A stretch of DNA of 64,000 nucleotides from Tubulanus polymorphus (lineage: Eukaryota; Animalia; Nemertea): positions 21,300,150 through 21,364,149 of the forward strand of contig NC_134026.1 of assembly GCF_964204645.1 (NCBI RefSeq), in the 5' to 3' direction. Under the pieces are notes generated by a model. The model saw nothing but the letters and a program-made list of their open reading frames with translations, searched no databases and was not told where the DNA came from. Shown here piece by piece: positions 47,876-62,010 of this stretch. A program made the translations under genes and the position numbers. Position 1 is the stretch's first letter; each line of letters starts with the position of its first letter.

Positions 47876-50720
47876 GTTTCGATTGCTGCAGTATCTGAGT
47901 TGAAAGAGTCACATCCCCTTCACTTAAACAGCCAGTGATGAGGAAGCATCTACTGAATGCACGCCTTGAATATTGAAATGGAGCCGGAGCGATTACGCTA
48001 TCTCGCTTTCGTCGGAGCAAATGAAATTTCCCGATATCATAACTGCGACAATCGAGTTTTTATTTATCAATAAGCCGCGGTTTCGGTTTTCGCGCGTTCA
48101 CTCCGAATTTAATTAGCTCGTATTAGGTACAACTGGGATGTGACGACGATGGGTGGTTCTCGCATGCACGGTTCGTTCACTCGCCCGGCTCGATCTTGCG
48201 TTATGATGGGCGCGCGCCACTATTAGATTCATCCTATTTGCTTAGCTGCGTGCGAATCATGTTTGATTAAAAGGTTGAGTTTCCCCGCCGGTCGAAGGAA
48301 ATCGTCGTCGTATATCATTCGATGTATTGCGGCGTATTTGTTGGAATGATTTTCTCGCCGCTTCGAGAGGAAACGCGACCGACGTTGATTTGTGTCGAGA
48401 GCTCAATAATCAACGCGTTTAAAATTTTCGCGTCGGGGGTAATGGCGTTACCCTCGAAGAATCGCTCGGAAGATTTCCACATCTTGTCCGTGATTTATTT
48501 AAAGCTTCGTAGACGATACAGACTCTGAGACGATTTATCGACGATTTGGACAATAGTATCTGCGGATCTTTCTACGGCGTGTGTTCATCAGAAGACCCCA
48601 CACCCATCCTATACAGCTTCAAGGCGCCCATCCTCCAGCCTCGGGGACATGAATCGTTTTTGTCTCGCCACCTGAGAGCATTTCGACAATTGAATATGGC
48701 TTCATTTGATGCATCTTTGATGCTCATTTCCGAGCCTCGGCGCAAAAGAAAGAAAAGGAAAGTCAATAATAGCTATATGTTCACGCATATGCATACACCA
48801 CCGAGCAGGCTTCTTCTCCATTGGAGAAATTGGTCGGTAAACTTTATAGGCTATTATGTAAGTTCCATAAATTGTTTACCAGCTCACCATCCCCCTTCTA
48901 AACCTAAACTAAATAGTAATCGCAGATATGCATCAATTAAAACTAGGGTTTCTTGGACTGGTGCCATTGGCTATTAAATTTGAAATGTATCCATCTATAC
49001 TCCTCATCTGACGTAGAGCAGCTGCTTATTCATTCCCCTCATTTCCTATTGAACTGTGTCCATCTCCGTATCATCGTCCGGCAGCATAGGGCTATTTGAG
49101 GAGCCGGCTAGAAGGAATTCACAGATAACTGACATTCCAAAACCAGATACAGTTTTAACATGTAAGTGACGATCGCATTTTAACTTCTATGATGACAGTT
49201 TTAAAAAGGTTCATCGTTTCCTATACGGTCTGAAAACTGAATGGAGTAAAATGATCCGGAAAAAACTGATTTGCCTCAAGGCACCTACGAATGTTTGGGC
49301 GTCACGATACTGTTGTTGCATTTATTTTGAAGTTTAAGTAGTTTTGGGGGAAAACTTTTTGGCTCACCTGTTGAATGTTATTACTATAGCTTCACTTGTC
49401 TTTTGAAGTAAGACTGCTTTTATCTGGATGCCTGTGAAGTGCTCATTTCTGACAACTAGGGAAAGAGAAATACTTAAGGCTGTTGTTTTTTTTTTATGGG
49501 GGCCTCGATAAACCACCACCACGGGATCAGCGTTGCTTTTCTGACGTCGAATTTCTACTACTCGAAAATCTGCGAATGTATTCGCTCGTCGGAAGCTATG
49601 AGTGGAATGAAAGACGGCAAAAAACAGCATGGTTTTCGAGTAATTGTCGAGATGACCACTCTAAGGTATAATGTTCCGGCTTGATTTCCTCTGCCTTGAT
49701 GGCCCAATCAGTTTTCACATGAAGTTTTCAGAGTTGAGGGTAAAATCGTTAGGCCCAGGTAAACCCGCTTACCTGGTCACATGTTAAAACCGAGCAAGCG
49801 TAGGCTCGATATTTGTCTTGGCCACCACGCGATCATCTCATCAAGGTCTTAAGTCAACCTGAACTCAGCTGTAAGCCAAGTTTTAATGAGTGGTGGGCCA
49901 GACAAATATCGAGTCGACATTTCCCCCGCTTGACCATTCGACCAGGCAGGCGGGCTCCAGACTGAAAATCGCACAAAATCCAGTAACGATTGCATCGGCA
50001 ATGGGCTTTACAACTAAACGATGATACAGTTGTAACATTATTAGTCTACGGCGGTTCTCTTGCGTTCGGGTGCGTTCTGTAATGTTGTAAATCGCTTTGT
50101 AGATTGATTCATGACGAATGGGGCTCATTTACACCTCACCGTCGGGTGATTTCCGGCGTTGACACCAGGTATTCGACGGTGCGTTCACGCTACTAGACAC
50201 GCTCGTGTAATTAAGCCGTTATCGATATCTGATAGAAGTGGCTTCTTTGTGCGAACGCTACCTGTAAATAATTGGCGCTGATGTAACGGTGCTACTACTC
50301 TTTGCTGTAGCCAACGTTCTTCTTTTCTTAATTAATTAAATCTGATTCGCGACGCGCGCCCGTTCGTCGTTGGTGTTTCGGCCACGAACAAAGTTAAGTT
50401 CTCGTGACAATTGTAATTATTGCGACTACGCCGCCTACTTCCAGAAGTGGTCGGAGTTGCGAGTGAATTAATGAAGAGAGGCTATTTTTGAGGGATGAGA
50501 TAATTCGTAGTGCCTGAATTCATTTACGTTATCGATGTTGATAAACGATCTACTGCTGTATGCAGTGACAATTAAATAATCTACCTCTGCTGACATCGAT
50601 GATTTTGAATCTTAAATCTTGCCTTAAAACAATCCTTGCCTCAAAACATGTTTTTTTGTGGCCTTAGCCCGACTTTTATTGCAAATCGCACCGAGAATGC
50701 AGTGTAGCGTGGTCTACAAA

Positions 50721-50835
50721 CAGGGCGCCGGCACTTACCAGGAAATCCGGGAAAAGTCAGGAATATTTTCTTTTCTTAACAAATGCCAGGGAATTGTTAC
50801 GGAAATTTGTAAAAAATAAGCTATAAGTCAGGGAT
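50721..50835 (+). mobile_element. MITE family B fragment
   Basis: cagggcgccggcacttaccaggaaatccgggaaaagtcagg resembles the left ends at 29784 and 41087. Confidence 0.55.
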
Positions 50836-52131
50836 CAAAATTCATCACTATTTCCACTTTTCTGCAGTCTTTCAAAGGTTTTATGTGAAAAACACTCGAA
50901 AAATTTTTCTTAGTTTTATTTCTTTTTTTCCTGTGTCATTCCATTTTTGAAATTACTTATATAAAAAATTTTTTCCCTTCTGTCCCATTTTTTTCTTGAA
51001 ATCTGTACTCCAAGTAATTAAAAGAAAATGGGCCTTCTATTAAGGATTCACTCTTGCTAACTGTTTTTATAACTGGCAGGAGCAGCGTTTAAAAGTGCAG
51101 CCTGATTTCACGGACGCGAATTTGATTTTGATTTATCTATTCGCGCGAACTTGAACAGCACGTATAGACCCACTAACCTCCTTGGTGAGAGATCCGGAGA
51201 ATGTTGAAAACTTCGGTTTATTGCTGTTCTTTCGTTCACGGCGGAATGCCAGCGAAAGAAACACCCGCAACACGTTGTTCGCTGTCAGCGCGGGGAATTC
51301 ACGCATCAAACATCAGTGACGATAAATTATCACTTCGTCTTTTGTGCGGCAGCGGCGCGCGCACATCAAATTTGACTCGGGCGATGATTTCGGGTTTTAC
51401 AAGAGATAGAGTACATTTTCAGCACTTAGAACCATTTTAAGTGCTCAGCCGTGTCTGTCTAACAACGAGATCAGAGATCAATATTAATTCTGGTTTCTTA
51501 CAAGATGTTATCGAAAGTTTTGCCGGAGATGAAGGATCGAAAACCTCCTTATCCGCCATCTTGTTCGTAATGCGGATGAAACAATTTTGAATAGGGTTGT
51601 AGTCATCGGACTTTCCTTGCTCTTATATGAGGCAAAAATGATAACTGAAAACTATTATTTCTGTTTCTATTCCGTGTATGTCACAATGTCCATCAAATCA
51701 TTTTGAAAATAGGTACTGATAGTTCGTAAGCACTGTTCCTATGGAAACCGTTTCACCAGCGCTATATTTTCGCCCTACCGTTCTAACTATTAATTGTACT
51801 AACTCCTATTTTGGTTTTTGATGAATCTTTTTTTTAATCGTGGTTGTTATAATTCAAAAAGGTGCATTTCAAAACATGTTTAGGGAAGTTGGATTTCTTA
51901 TAGAAATTTTCGCGTCCCAAAAGGAGCTCCGATTTCTGTAATACAAACTCCCACTACCAACGCAGTTCTAGCAGTAGGCGGTTGAGTTTAATCCAGACGG
52001 TTTTCTGCGAAATTTGAACTTTTGCCAAAGAGTTGACGCGTTTTTACCCGTTTTCGCATCTTTTTCAGGCCGCATCGAAAGGACATGTAGTCTACGGTAT
52101 TCGTTTGCGACGTTAGGAAAAACATTCCACG

Positions 52132-52288
52132 ATGAAATCGTATCATGTGACGACGACTCCTGTCGTCGTCGGACTAATCGTCGTCATCGGTTTGGTAGCG
52201 TTCGGGACGACATCGGAATCCCGGTCGGACGACGACAGACGCGATGGCATCAGGCATCGTCATCGATTAAGGAGGAAAGATAAGGCCG
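52132..52288 (+). CDS. FGFR: FGFR-like receptor, first coding exon (signal peptide); exon begins at 52069
   Basis: tttttcag| acceptor at 52068; MKSYHVTTTPVVVGLIVVIGLVAFGTTSES... hydrophobic leader; phase-1 donor G|gtgagt is compatible with the Ig-I exon. Confidence 0.72.
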
Positions 52289-53620
52289 GTGAGTATTCTT
52301 GTTTATCCGGGTGCGGGCTACTGTTTCAGCGCGTTTGACCTTGGGAAACCTGCGTCGGAATGGTCGATCCATTTTGATCATCCCAGCTGCAAATCTAGTG
52401 TCTGATTCGCGGAGGGTGTACCCCCAAAATAGGGCACAACGTATAATTGAAAGGGCACTTGAAAGGGCACCTCGAAAGAAAGTTCATCGCGCAATATCAA
52501 CTCATTTTTAGAAAATAAGGAGAACACACTTATGAATTAGATATCAGTTTGATATTTTTCATTTTCCCTTAAAATTTCTGGGCAACTTAATATTTTTAGG
52601 AGGGGTGCGGACCCCTGCACCCTCCGCTTGGATCCACCCCTGTATCCATCACTCTTGGGACACAGGGCTTTATGGCAGAAAATTGAGAGTGATTGATTAC
52701 TGAACACCATCGAAATGAGCTAAATCAGGATTTCAGAATTTTGATGAAAAAGTGACCTCGGTTCACCGTACTGTCTATATTTACTATGGACAAGAACCTC
52801 GGTTTCACAGTTGAAGAGGAAAAAACTCCTCTGTAGGTGACACTGATCAAAGTTCGTTAATCGTAAACCCGGTACTGTACGACTGTGTAAGTAAATGTTC
52901 AAACAACGGCGGTCGAGCTCAAGGGTCTCGTTTTACTTAAACTGAACTGCTAGACCGAAATGTGAGAAACGCTGCGCAAAAAACGTGCTCGATCCGTTTT
53001 TCCGCTTTATTTTCTAATTAATTTCATTCGCGTTGTTACGGACTTCGGTTACCTGTATCCGTAACATGTAAGCTGTCTTGTTCTTGTAACAGCCAAGGTC
53101 AATCTTAGCTATCGGCATCTCCTCGTGCTTATTTCTATGCCGCGTAACAATTGTATCTCTTCGTGATGATACAGGGAAAAAAGCAACAAATTCAGCGTGT
53201 ATACTGTTGGGATCTCCAGAAATCGCGTAAGTGGACTACTGGAACATTTTATCTGTGTGTCATCCGAACGCACAAGGCACTCGCGTACGTCTTGTCCGAT
53301 AATGCAAGAGGTTAGATGATGAAGCAGAAAAAAAATGATCGATCAACTTTGCTCAGACTGGCTGATTTCCTGATTCTGGTTCGCTCGACGAAGAACATCT
53401 AATTCGTCTAGGTCTTTCGGCGAATTCGTGTTTTCCTGTTCGGTTACCTTTGATTTCCGATTCGGGAGCGTGTTCGGTGCATTTTGACTTCGTGCTGCAG
53501 GAACGGTATCAGTTGCTCACAGTCCCTATTTGTAGTTCAGTACTTGACGTGCACATTTGTCACAATCGTTCGACATTTCAATGCTTTTTATGCACGGAGT
53601 CGATCGTGTTGAGGAACTGA

Positions 53621-53928
53621 AGCCACGATCACACGGAGATGATTCAGCCCGGGCCAATTTGGCGCGTATCAGGCCCGAGTTGAATTTGGCCCGTGCCTAA
53701 TTAGAGAGCGTGTTCACACGTAAACCACTCACTCGCCTTACTAAACCATGCGCAGACAAAGCGAAGTGAACTCTTTCTGGAACTAGTTGCAATTCGAACA
53801 CAATTATTTCACCTGTGCTCTGGTCTGGTCAGACGTTTTTGGTCGGGACAGATTTAGCCTGGCCCGGGCCAATTTGGCACGCGTGTGAGCGGTTGAACCG
53901 GGCCAAAAACGCTGGTGCGAACATTGCT
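53621..53928 (-). mobile_element. MITE family A copy, inverted
   Basis: agccacgatcacacgg start; cccgtgcctaattagagagcg and gttcacacg blocks. Confidence 0.78.
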
Positions 53929-56160
53929 TTAAAATATTGTCTTCCTAGAAAAAAACATCCCATCCGTCGAATTCAGCTTGAGAAACAATTTCGAAAGTAA
54001 TTTCTAGAAACGATATTTATATCCTGCTCGAAGGATATTTCGGCGGCTTACTCACACCTGTTACGTTTTACAATTTACACATGCTTTACTCCGTTCTCCG
54101 TCGATCTGGTGGAATTTCGTAATTTTTTTTTCTCCCTGGTACTCGGCAAACAACCCGGCAGAACCCCCTTTCTATATTACGAGAGCTACGTAGTGAAAAA
54201 TTCTACTATCGCATTTGAAATAATGATAGTTTTTTATAATGTCGCTCTTACGCACAGTTACTGCTGGTTGCTCATGTGTTATTTAAACAAGAAAAGTAAC
54301 TTTAAAGTTCATTGACGCCTTAAAAAATAACACATATACTTGTCGACAATAATGCGATATACTATCGGCATCCCCTTGTGTTTATATCTATGTCTTGTAA
54401 CAATTGTATCCCTTCATGATACTATAAAAAAAGAAAACCAACTTGAAAGTTTATTGACGCTTTGAAAATTAACGGCCACAGTCAGTAAGGTTACTTTGAA
54501 TTTGAATGTATCGATAATTGAATTGAATTGACCGGTAACAAGTCTAGCCCCGATACATTGATGATGTAGTGCACATCCTCTGGAAAAACGATTATTAACA
54601 TTTATCAAATATAAGATAAAAGTCCTGAAATACATTTGAAAATGAAATAAACGCCGAAATTCACAATTGTAATCGTTATTTTGAAACAGCAATATCAGCA
54701 CATCAACCTGCACAGAACCCCTTACGTAACGCATACTTCTATGTATCAATGTATATAAACATTATTGTAACGTTTTTTTGCGGTGTCAAAAAATGTTTTC
54801 GTGTCGATCACACGAATAAACAGTGTAACTACTTAACCGAAGCTTCATGAGTAACTGGTTATCGCGAAAACTGGGCGCTGTTTCGGATTATTCGATGCGG
54901 GCCGAATTTTCTTCAAATACACACCACCGTACGTGTACGATGAGTATATATTTAAGACCCTAGAAAGATCCGACTGGAATCTAGTAGAAGTTGATATAGC
55001 GTTTTACGGAACGTTTGATGAAAATCGTTTTATGTAATAATAACACGGATCAGTTACGTCCTAAATCCCCGGTACGAGCGAAACGCGTAGATAAACTGTA
55101 ATCTTCATTCACGGCTGACGTCACGATAACTGAAACGTTCCCATGATATCTTGGTAAACATATTTATTTATGCATCTTAAACCAATTGCGGGGAAATAAA
55201 GGCAACGTCTCAAGCGGTTTTCGCCTACTGACGAAGTGCTCCGCTGACGAAATCCATTGCACCCCGGTAAAATATACAGGCTAAATCTTTAGACAAACAG
55301 ATTTCTTATTAGTTTGTTGTTGAGAAAATACTCGAGAATGTTCACATAGATTATCACTGAGTACAAGTGTTTTCGCGCACAAATTACGATCAGCTTCCTC
55401 CCGTTGGAAAAAGTGCCTCGTTTAATGCATGATATGTTGTTCGCATAAAACAAGCAATCTTGCACAACAACCAACAAGTTGAAACAGTGTCTTTTTAGAT
55501 CAGTGATAAACCTTGCATATTGATTGACCAGGCAATCAAATCAGTGGATCTAGCCTTGAGCGTACGTTTCCCAATGTTAAAAGATGTTTAGCTTAAGGTA
55601 TTTTGAAAGCTTTTGAGTTTCTTGGGATCCTCACATATCCAAAGGCACTATGATGAAAATCTGATGAATTCCAATTAGCTCCCCTATTTGCCCTTGTCTT
55701 TATACAGGGCCATCGAAGCCAGGTATCTATACGCCGCGATCTGAACATCGGGCTGCATTACATGCTAATGATCTGGAAGTGCCGTAGCATCATTCCGTGT
55801 CGGTGATTTTCGTAGATTTTTCATCGGCACTGTATGACTTCCTGTATGGTGCCTAATGGCCCAGATCCCTGAAAATGCTTCCTTGTTCACGACATGCCAA
55901 GTGTGCTAATTTTCATCGATCAGATATCAAGTATCAGCGATCACCGGAGAGAACCAACATTCTCCCGCCTTTCTCTTTCTCCTCTCCTCATCTTATACCT
56001 CCTCTGCCATTACTGACTTCTTTCCTCCTTTCTGCTTCTCTCTTTCCCTTCTATCTGCATGTGCCTCAGTTCCTCCCATACTCGCTTATCAACCTGTTAC
56101 TCCTTAATCACTTCTTCCCCTTCTATCTACCTTTCTCTTACTCCTATCTACTTCGACCTT

Positions 56161-56411
56161 CGTCCTGCGACTTTTCTTGTGCCCCGTTTATGTTTGCCAG
56201 GGGTGTTGAATATTGAAATCGTCATGTTGTGGTACGTTTCAAACAACTCTCCAAGTTCAGTTTGCAGGTACCCCTACCTCACTCCCTTCCTCCTTGCAGC
56301 AAACAAAATATTGCCGTCCTGCGACCTTTTTCGTGCCCGGTTTATGTTCACCAGGGGTGTTGAATATTGAAATTGTCACTATGTTGTGCATTTCAAACAG
56401 CTCTCCGAGTT
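56161..56411. repeat. Imperfect ~97-bp direct duplication, related to the 2256-2430 element
   Basis: cgtcctgcgac...ccaggggtgttgaatattgaaat...tttcaaaca at 56161 and 56315. Confidence 0.8.
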
Positions 56412-56891
56412 GGCGTGGTGTCCCTGGACCCCTAGTTCCCTTCTATCTGCCTCTCCCACCCTCCTTACTACCTCTCTTCATCATGTAGCACTTGGTTTGA
56501 ACTGATTTTTTAAGAAGATTCAATTTTTCAAATGGCGACAATAGTACGAGCATTACCCAAGCTTTGACCTAAATGTACTCTAATGCGTCTCGACTTTTTT
56601 CACAGGCATTGGGTCCTGGCATCCAGGACATTCTGATTGATCGGACAACAATGTCGAATCAGTGCATTTTTGTTTGTGGACACCTCCGTTAAACCAATTT
56701 CCGACAGGTCCCGTTGTTGTGACCCGTTGTTGTGACCCGTAGCTACTCACAGACCCATAGTTACAGCGTGAACAATTCTACATTGTCTGCGTTTCCAAAC
56801 TTGGTCTCAGGCATCTTGCGCTTCGATGAAATGACCGTCGGATAATGCTCGCACGCAGAATCTTTTTCCGCTCGCATGAATCTGGCTTTTT

Positions 56892-57197
56892 ATTTACTAT
56901 ATATCTTGCAATATACATGTCTATAGCAGAAGTGGTGTTTTTATTTGCTGTGCATGAGACGACGTTATCAAAAAGCTATTGTGTCAGCTGAGCGCACTTT
57001 TTATTTGCCGATTCTATTGTCAATTCGTTGTTTTACGGTTATACATTCGAACCCTGAGTTTGCGGGATTTACTATATATCTTGCAATATACATGTCTATA
57101 GCAGAAGTGGTGTTTTTATTTGCTGTGCATGAGACGACGTTATCAAAAAGCTATTGTGTCAGCTGAGCGCACTTTTTATTTGCCGATTCTATTGTCA
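56892..57197. repeat. Apparently perfect 131-bp direct repeat with 44-bp spacer
   Basis: 56892-57022 equals 57067-57197 by eye. Confidence 0.92.
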
Positions 57198-59678
57198 CAC
57201 ATATATCGTTTTATAACGGATTCAAAAGTACAAACCTGACTCACCTGCGATGCTGTCATCGCAGGTGAGGGCGAAGGCTATGGTGACGCCGTGGACACGT
57301 CTGTTGAACTTTTTCTCTCGGTGATTTTCCATTGATCTCGGTTTTTGAGCGAGGAATCCGGGAGGCTGGTTTCCTTAGAGATGGACCCGGCGTGTTTTCA
57401 ATATAAGCGGGAGTCCGCTGACATATTTCGGACAATGCGTCGCGAAGGAGGCCGACGAATTTTCATTATTCCATCGTGTACTATATAGAATTGTAGAATT
57501 ATAGTTAATTCGAGGAATTAGAGAGTTAGAGGATTGTCGTTCGAATTCACCACGACTGATTGTTCGATCTTGAAGCCACGAAGCTAGCTATGTATTATGT
57601 TACTTTTGAAATTGAGTCTCTAGTAATCGGTCTCTTGGTTATGTGTTTTCTTTTCATTGGAAATATGGTTATATTCCCACGAAGAGCCTCGTTAAACAAT
57701 TACCCTCAATATGGCTAACGAAGAAATAAAGATTAAGCTCATCAACGTTCATTTGATAGATTAGGTCTTGCATCTGTCATCTTCCTCGATAATGGTTTTC
57801 AGAAATCTATTTCGTCGAAGTGTTTGCGTTTGAAATGTGGGGCGGGGGATTCATTGTTTATCCTACTTAATTTTTCAATATGTTCCAAATGGAAAAAATA
57901 AACCGCCGCACAAACAAGACCTCCATATAATCTAATCAGTATTGAATATCCCCTTAAGCTAGACTATCAAATCATGTTTCCCTTTTGTAATCTTAATTGA
58001 AAGTTTGTGTTATTCTTTGGAGGGTCATGTTGCCTCTTATGCAATTAAGTATATATGTACTTCTATTCTCGGTTTGAAGAATACAATACTTGATATTTTT
58101 GGTCAAAGAATGATAATGCCTCATACACAAAAGCGCTCAAGTGCATTTAAGTAGAATATGTTATTTCTGGGTAACATCGTAAGATTTCTAGGGGGGAGGG
58201 GGAACAGCTTGAGATCACTTGCATAGCTTGTGTAAATTGACTCATAACCCTGGAGGAAATGCTGAAAAAGTGCCCTTACCGTTGGCCCCTATACCCAATC
58301 CCATAAGCCTATCATGCTTTCTGTGAAATAGATTTGAACTTGAACTTGAAATACCAGCAGGAGTTGCCCCTACATCCTGTCCATTGGTCCTGGAATACGG
58401 GTCAGTTGTTATTATGAAGAATTCAATTTCCAATCTGACATCCAGTTTTTTTTTATGCGAGAAAAGTGAACTGCCTGGATTTTTACAGAGTTACTACGCC
58501 ATGCTTTAGTTCGATAGCTGTGCATTCGATAATTAATTTGTAATCTCATCCAGCCGGGTTGACTAAATACCTATCGGACTTAATACGTTTGGCGCCAAGA
58601 CGTTTGACACAGTTTTCAGCGTGTAATCAATTCCGATTTACTATCAAACCACTACATACTATAGTATACTTCGATGAAACAAAACACTACACTCTTTTTA
58701 TAGTACCGAACTTCATTCATAAAACGACTTATAGGGAGACGAGGTGCTTAAACGAGATCGAGGGTCCTATATTGTTCCGATCGAAATGTCAGTGCGCGAA
58801 TAATACAAGGTCGAAAACTATTCAAAAATCCACTTAGCCCGTGATCTTATCGCGCCCTAGAATTTCCCGAGTAGTATTTGTCAACGTCGAATTTCAATAT
58901 TCGCAAATATTGGCGGGAGAATCTGCGGAAACTTTTGTATATCTTTCGAACTTGATTCATACGCTGAATACTCGATTCGCGATTCTGTGAATATGTTGGG
59001 TTTTGTGTGAGGCCGCGTCTTTTGTACAGCGTTAAGTTACCTGTTTATCCATTTCGGCATGAACGCGGATGTCGGTGGCATTTGCGAATTGTGACGAATT
59101 CAATGGCAAAAAGTTCGCTTGGCCTAGATCGATGTAGTGTATAATAAACAGCGAAAACGGATGTTGGGGGATCGGAAAGCGCGTAGAACTTCGCGAATTA
59201 CGCATATTTCTAAGTACGGGCCTCTTGTTAGTTTGAATGGGTTTAACTGGAAAAATCAACTAGCTTCATAACTTATCTAATGCTCTCCGCCTCTAACTTT
59301 CAATTTGCTTCGCGCGTGTCGTTTATCAATTTAGGAAAAATCACTGGTACCGGTTTTTCTTCTATTGTGCGCCAAGTCGAGTTGAATCGGGGAGGAGAGG
59401 CATTGCTCATTTCATTCCCCGGTGTTGGGTATCCTTCGAGATGAATTGATTCATCTAATGGATTTCGAAGTGAGAAATTCTACACCTGCTTTCGATTGAT
59501 ATTTAAAATGTTCAAGCGTCGAAACTATTTCACTGCATCCGATACCGTCCCGAGACACTCGCGCGCTTAACCGAGGAAATTCGAATTCTAGGTGAAAACC
59601 TATTATCGAAAATAATGTTATTCATGTTTTTAAACTAGCGAATCGAAACGAAATATATCGAAATCCGGTACCTATCAT

Positions 59679-59785
59679 CAGGCGCGGATCCAGAGAGGGG
59701 GGTTCGGGGTTCAAGTCACAAGTAATAAAGTGCCCTCGTCATATGAGGTGAACCTCCCCTTTCTCCCAGCCTGGATTCGCCCCTA
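59679..59785. mobile_element. Short hAT-like MITE, 5-bp TSD
   Basis: ATCAT-caggcgcggatccag ... ctggattcgccccta-ATCAT. Confidence 0.7.
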
Positions 59786-60317
59786 ATCATTATGTATTCT
59801 ATAATTTGTACGGGCAAATACCGGTAAAACTGGTAAAACCTGTTGCCCTCTGCCGTACTGGACACAGTTCCATAGCATTTGGAAATGAACTTATTTTCAT
59901 TGTTCCATAGCATTTGAAAAATGAACTTATTTTCATTGTTGCGTTATCTTCAGGCCATCACTGCCCAAGAACCTGTTTATCCTGTAAAAGATAAGTACCT
60001 CTGGCTGGATCCTCGACTGATAGCCCCCATTATCGAGTTATAGCTATTATCTATAAAACTTGTCCCGAAAGGGTCATGAACCGAACCTATGTTTGAATTT
60101 CGATATCGACCATTGTGTATCTATTGTCTCTTTTCTATCTGTCATTATGTAATTGTTAGGCGCTTATTATATAAGTGATGTGAATTATGATTGATGACTT
60201 GAGGTCTCTCTGACTGACTGACTGACTGACTGTAATCCTAGCTTTTATTGTAATCTATCATTTTAATTCACACGCGGTGATTCGCCACACGGCGTGCAAT
60301 TAATTCCGAGCCACTCT

Positions 60318-60468
60318 AGCCGCGATCGCACAAGCATTTTTAGCCCGGACCAAATTTGGCCCGGAACAACTGTTCAGACGGGTGGCAAATGGGCCTGAGC
60401 CTGTGGGCCCAGGCCAAATTTGGCCCAGGTCTGATCCGTGCCAATTCAGTGAGACTTGGTCGCAGGCT
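60318..60468 (+). mobile_element. MITE family A, short internally deleted copy
   Basis: agccgcgatcgcacaagcattttt, ccaaatttggccc twice, ctgatccgtgccaatt. Confidence 0.72.
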
Positions 60469-62010
60469 TGTAAAAGCGAAGCGCATCTAATCTGCACTTA
60501 GAAAAAGGAATTGTTAACAGTACATTCATGTCACCTGATATATTGTGTAGTATATATTTCGCAAACATCATCTATTGAAATGCGATATTTGAAATATGAA
60601 ATGCATGATTGTCAGACAACTCCAGTTGCAACGGAGGCCTCTATGAAAATACATTTATGAATCTGCACTTAATTTCTCCATTCGTCAGAACCTGGATTTT
60701 GAAGTGGCGCGCGGCATGGGACTTTTTCGCATGGACTTATCACACGCGGGTACTTCGCGCTGAAAGGTTTTCCGCTGAAACCTGCTACAGATAAAGTCAT
60801 CTTTTGCCGACCGTTTTGCCTTTAGCCGGCTCGCTTACACACGAGTACATCCGTTCCCTTCAGCTGAAAGTTTTGCTAGAAAACAAATCCCTGTTTATTC
60901 TCACGTGTTCATAAATGTTTTTCGCTATGCGAAGTATGCCGATTATCTTTTTCGCCGACAACGCAGTCCATTATATCTTCAGCAGAATGAAATAACGGGT
61001 GAGGGGGGATTTCGATGAAAATTATCATTGATTTAAGTCGTTTATTCCGGGATGATGGAAAAACTCTTGTGACGTCTTTGCCCAAAATTTATAAAAAGCG
61101 ATTGGTTAGTGCAGACAGGCGACTTAAAACGAGTCTCCCTGATTATTTTTCCTGGTAAACGTCTGTCTCATGGGAAGACATATTCCACAGCGTTTCGGCC
61201 CTTTTTGATAATTATTATATGATATATTATGTAGACTTAGTTGAAAGAATGAAGGAATGTCAGTTCTGGCACTGTTGAGATCATCTGGTGATGACGTGTT
61301 AAATGGACTTTTGGCCCACATTTCTTTTTTTCTACGGGCCGAGCCACTGCCTTGGAATTCGCCATTTTGAGTACCACATGATAATTATTTGCTCACTCAT
61401 TAGCTATAGTTGATAAGTTGCTTGTCGTTCGTTGTCTCCAGCTGCCCCACTAACTGCAACTCCAAGCAACTCAAGATTTCTCAGCGATGAGCAATTTTTC
61501 TTGAATTAGTTGCCCGGCTTGGCCAGGCTTAACCACATTGAAGCGGTTGAAGAGTCAACTGTCAACTGTGAGGTGCAAAATTATCAAAAATGTTGAGTAA
61601 TCCACCTGAAACATTAGCCCGTTCACCCAGAATGCTTGTATTGCGCAAACCCGAAGTTTCCCATATTTAAAACGCTGTGGAAAAACGGATGGCGAAACTA
61701 TATTTCATAAAGGCGATGAAATTATACAACCCAATAGATACATATACACATGGCTCTCTCTCTCTCCAACCAGACATCCATTCATGTGTAATCGTTCCTG
61801 GAAGTAACGTATTGAAAGGAAACCACACACGTATTATGTATCACTCATTCACAAGTCAACTGATGTACAATGTAACACAATAACAACAATATACTGGATG
61901 AAGATATGTCATCATCTCTAATGCTTTGATCAGTGCAATGCCATTGATTATCATCCATCGATGCTAGCTCCGATGGTACTTAGAATTTGTTCCCGATTAC
62001 TGCGTCTTAA

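Noticed and set aside
55220-55285. Hammerhead ribozyme (CTGACGA...GAAA)
   Set aside because: Stem II is only about 2 bp and stems I and III do not pair convincingly
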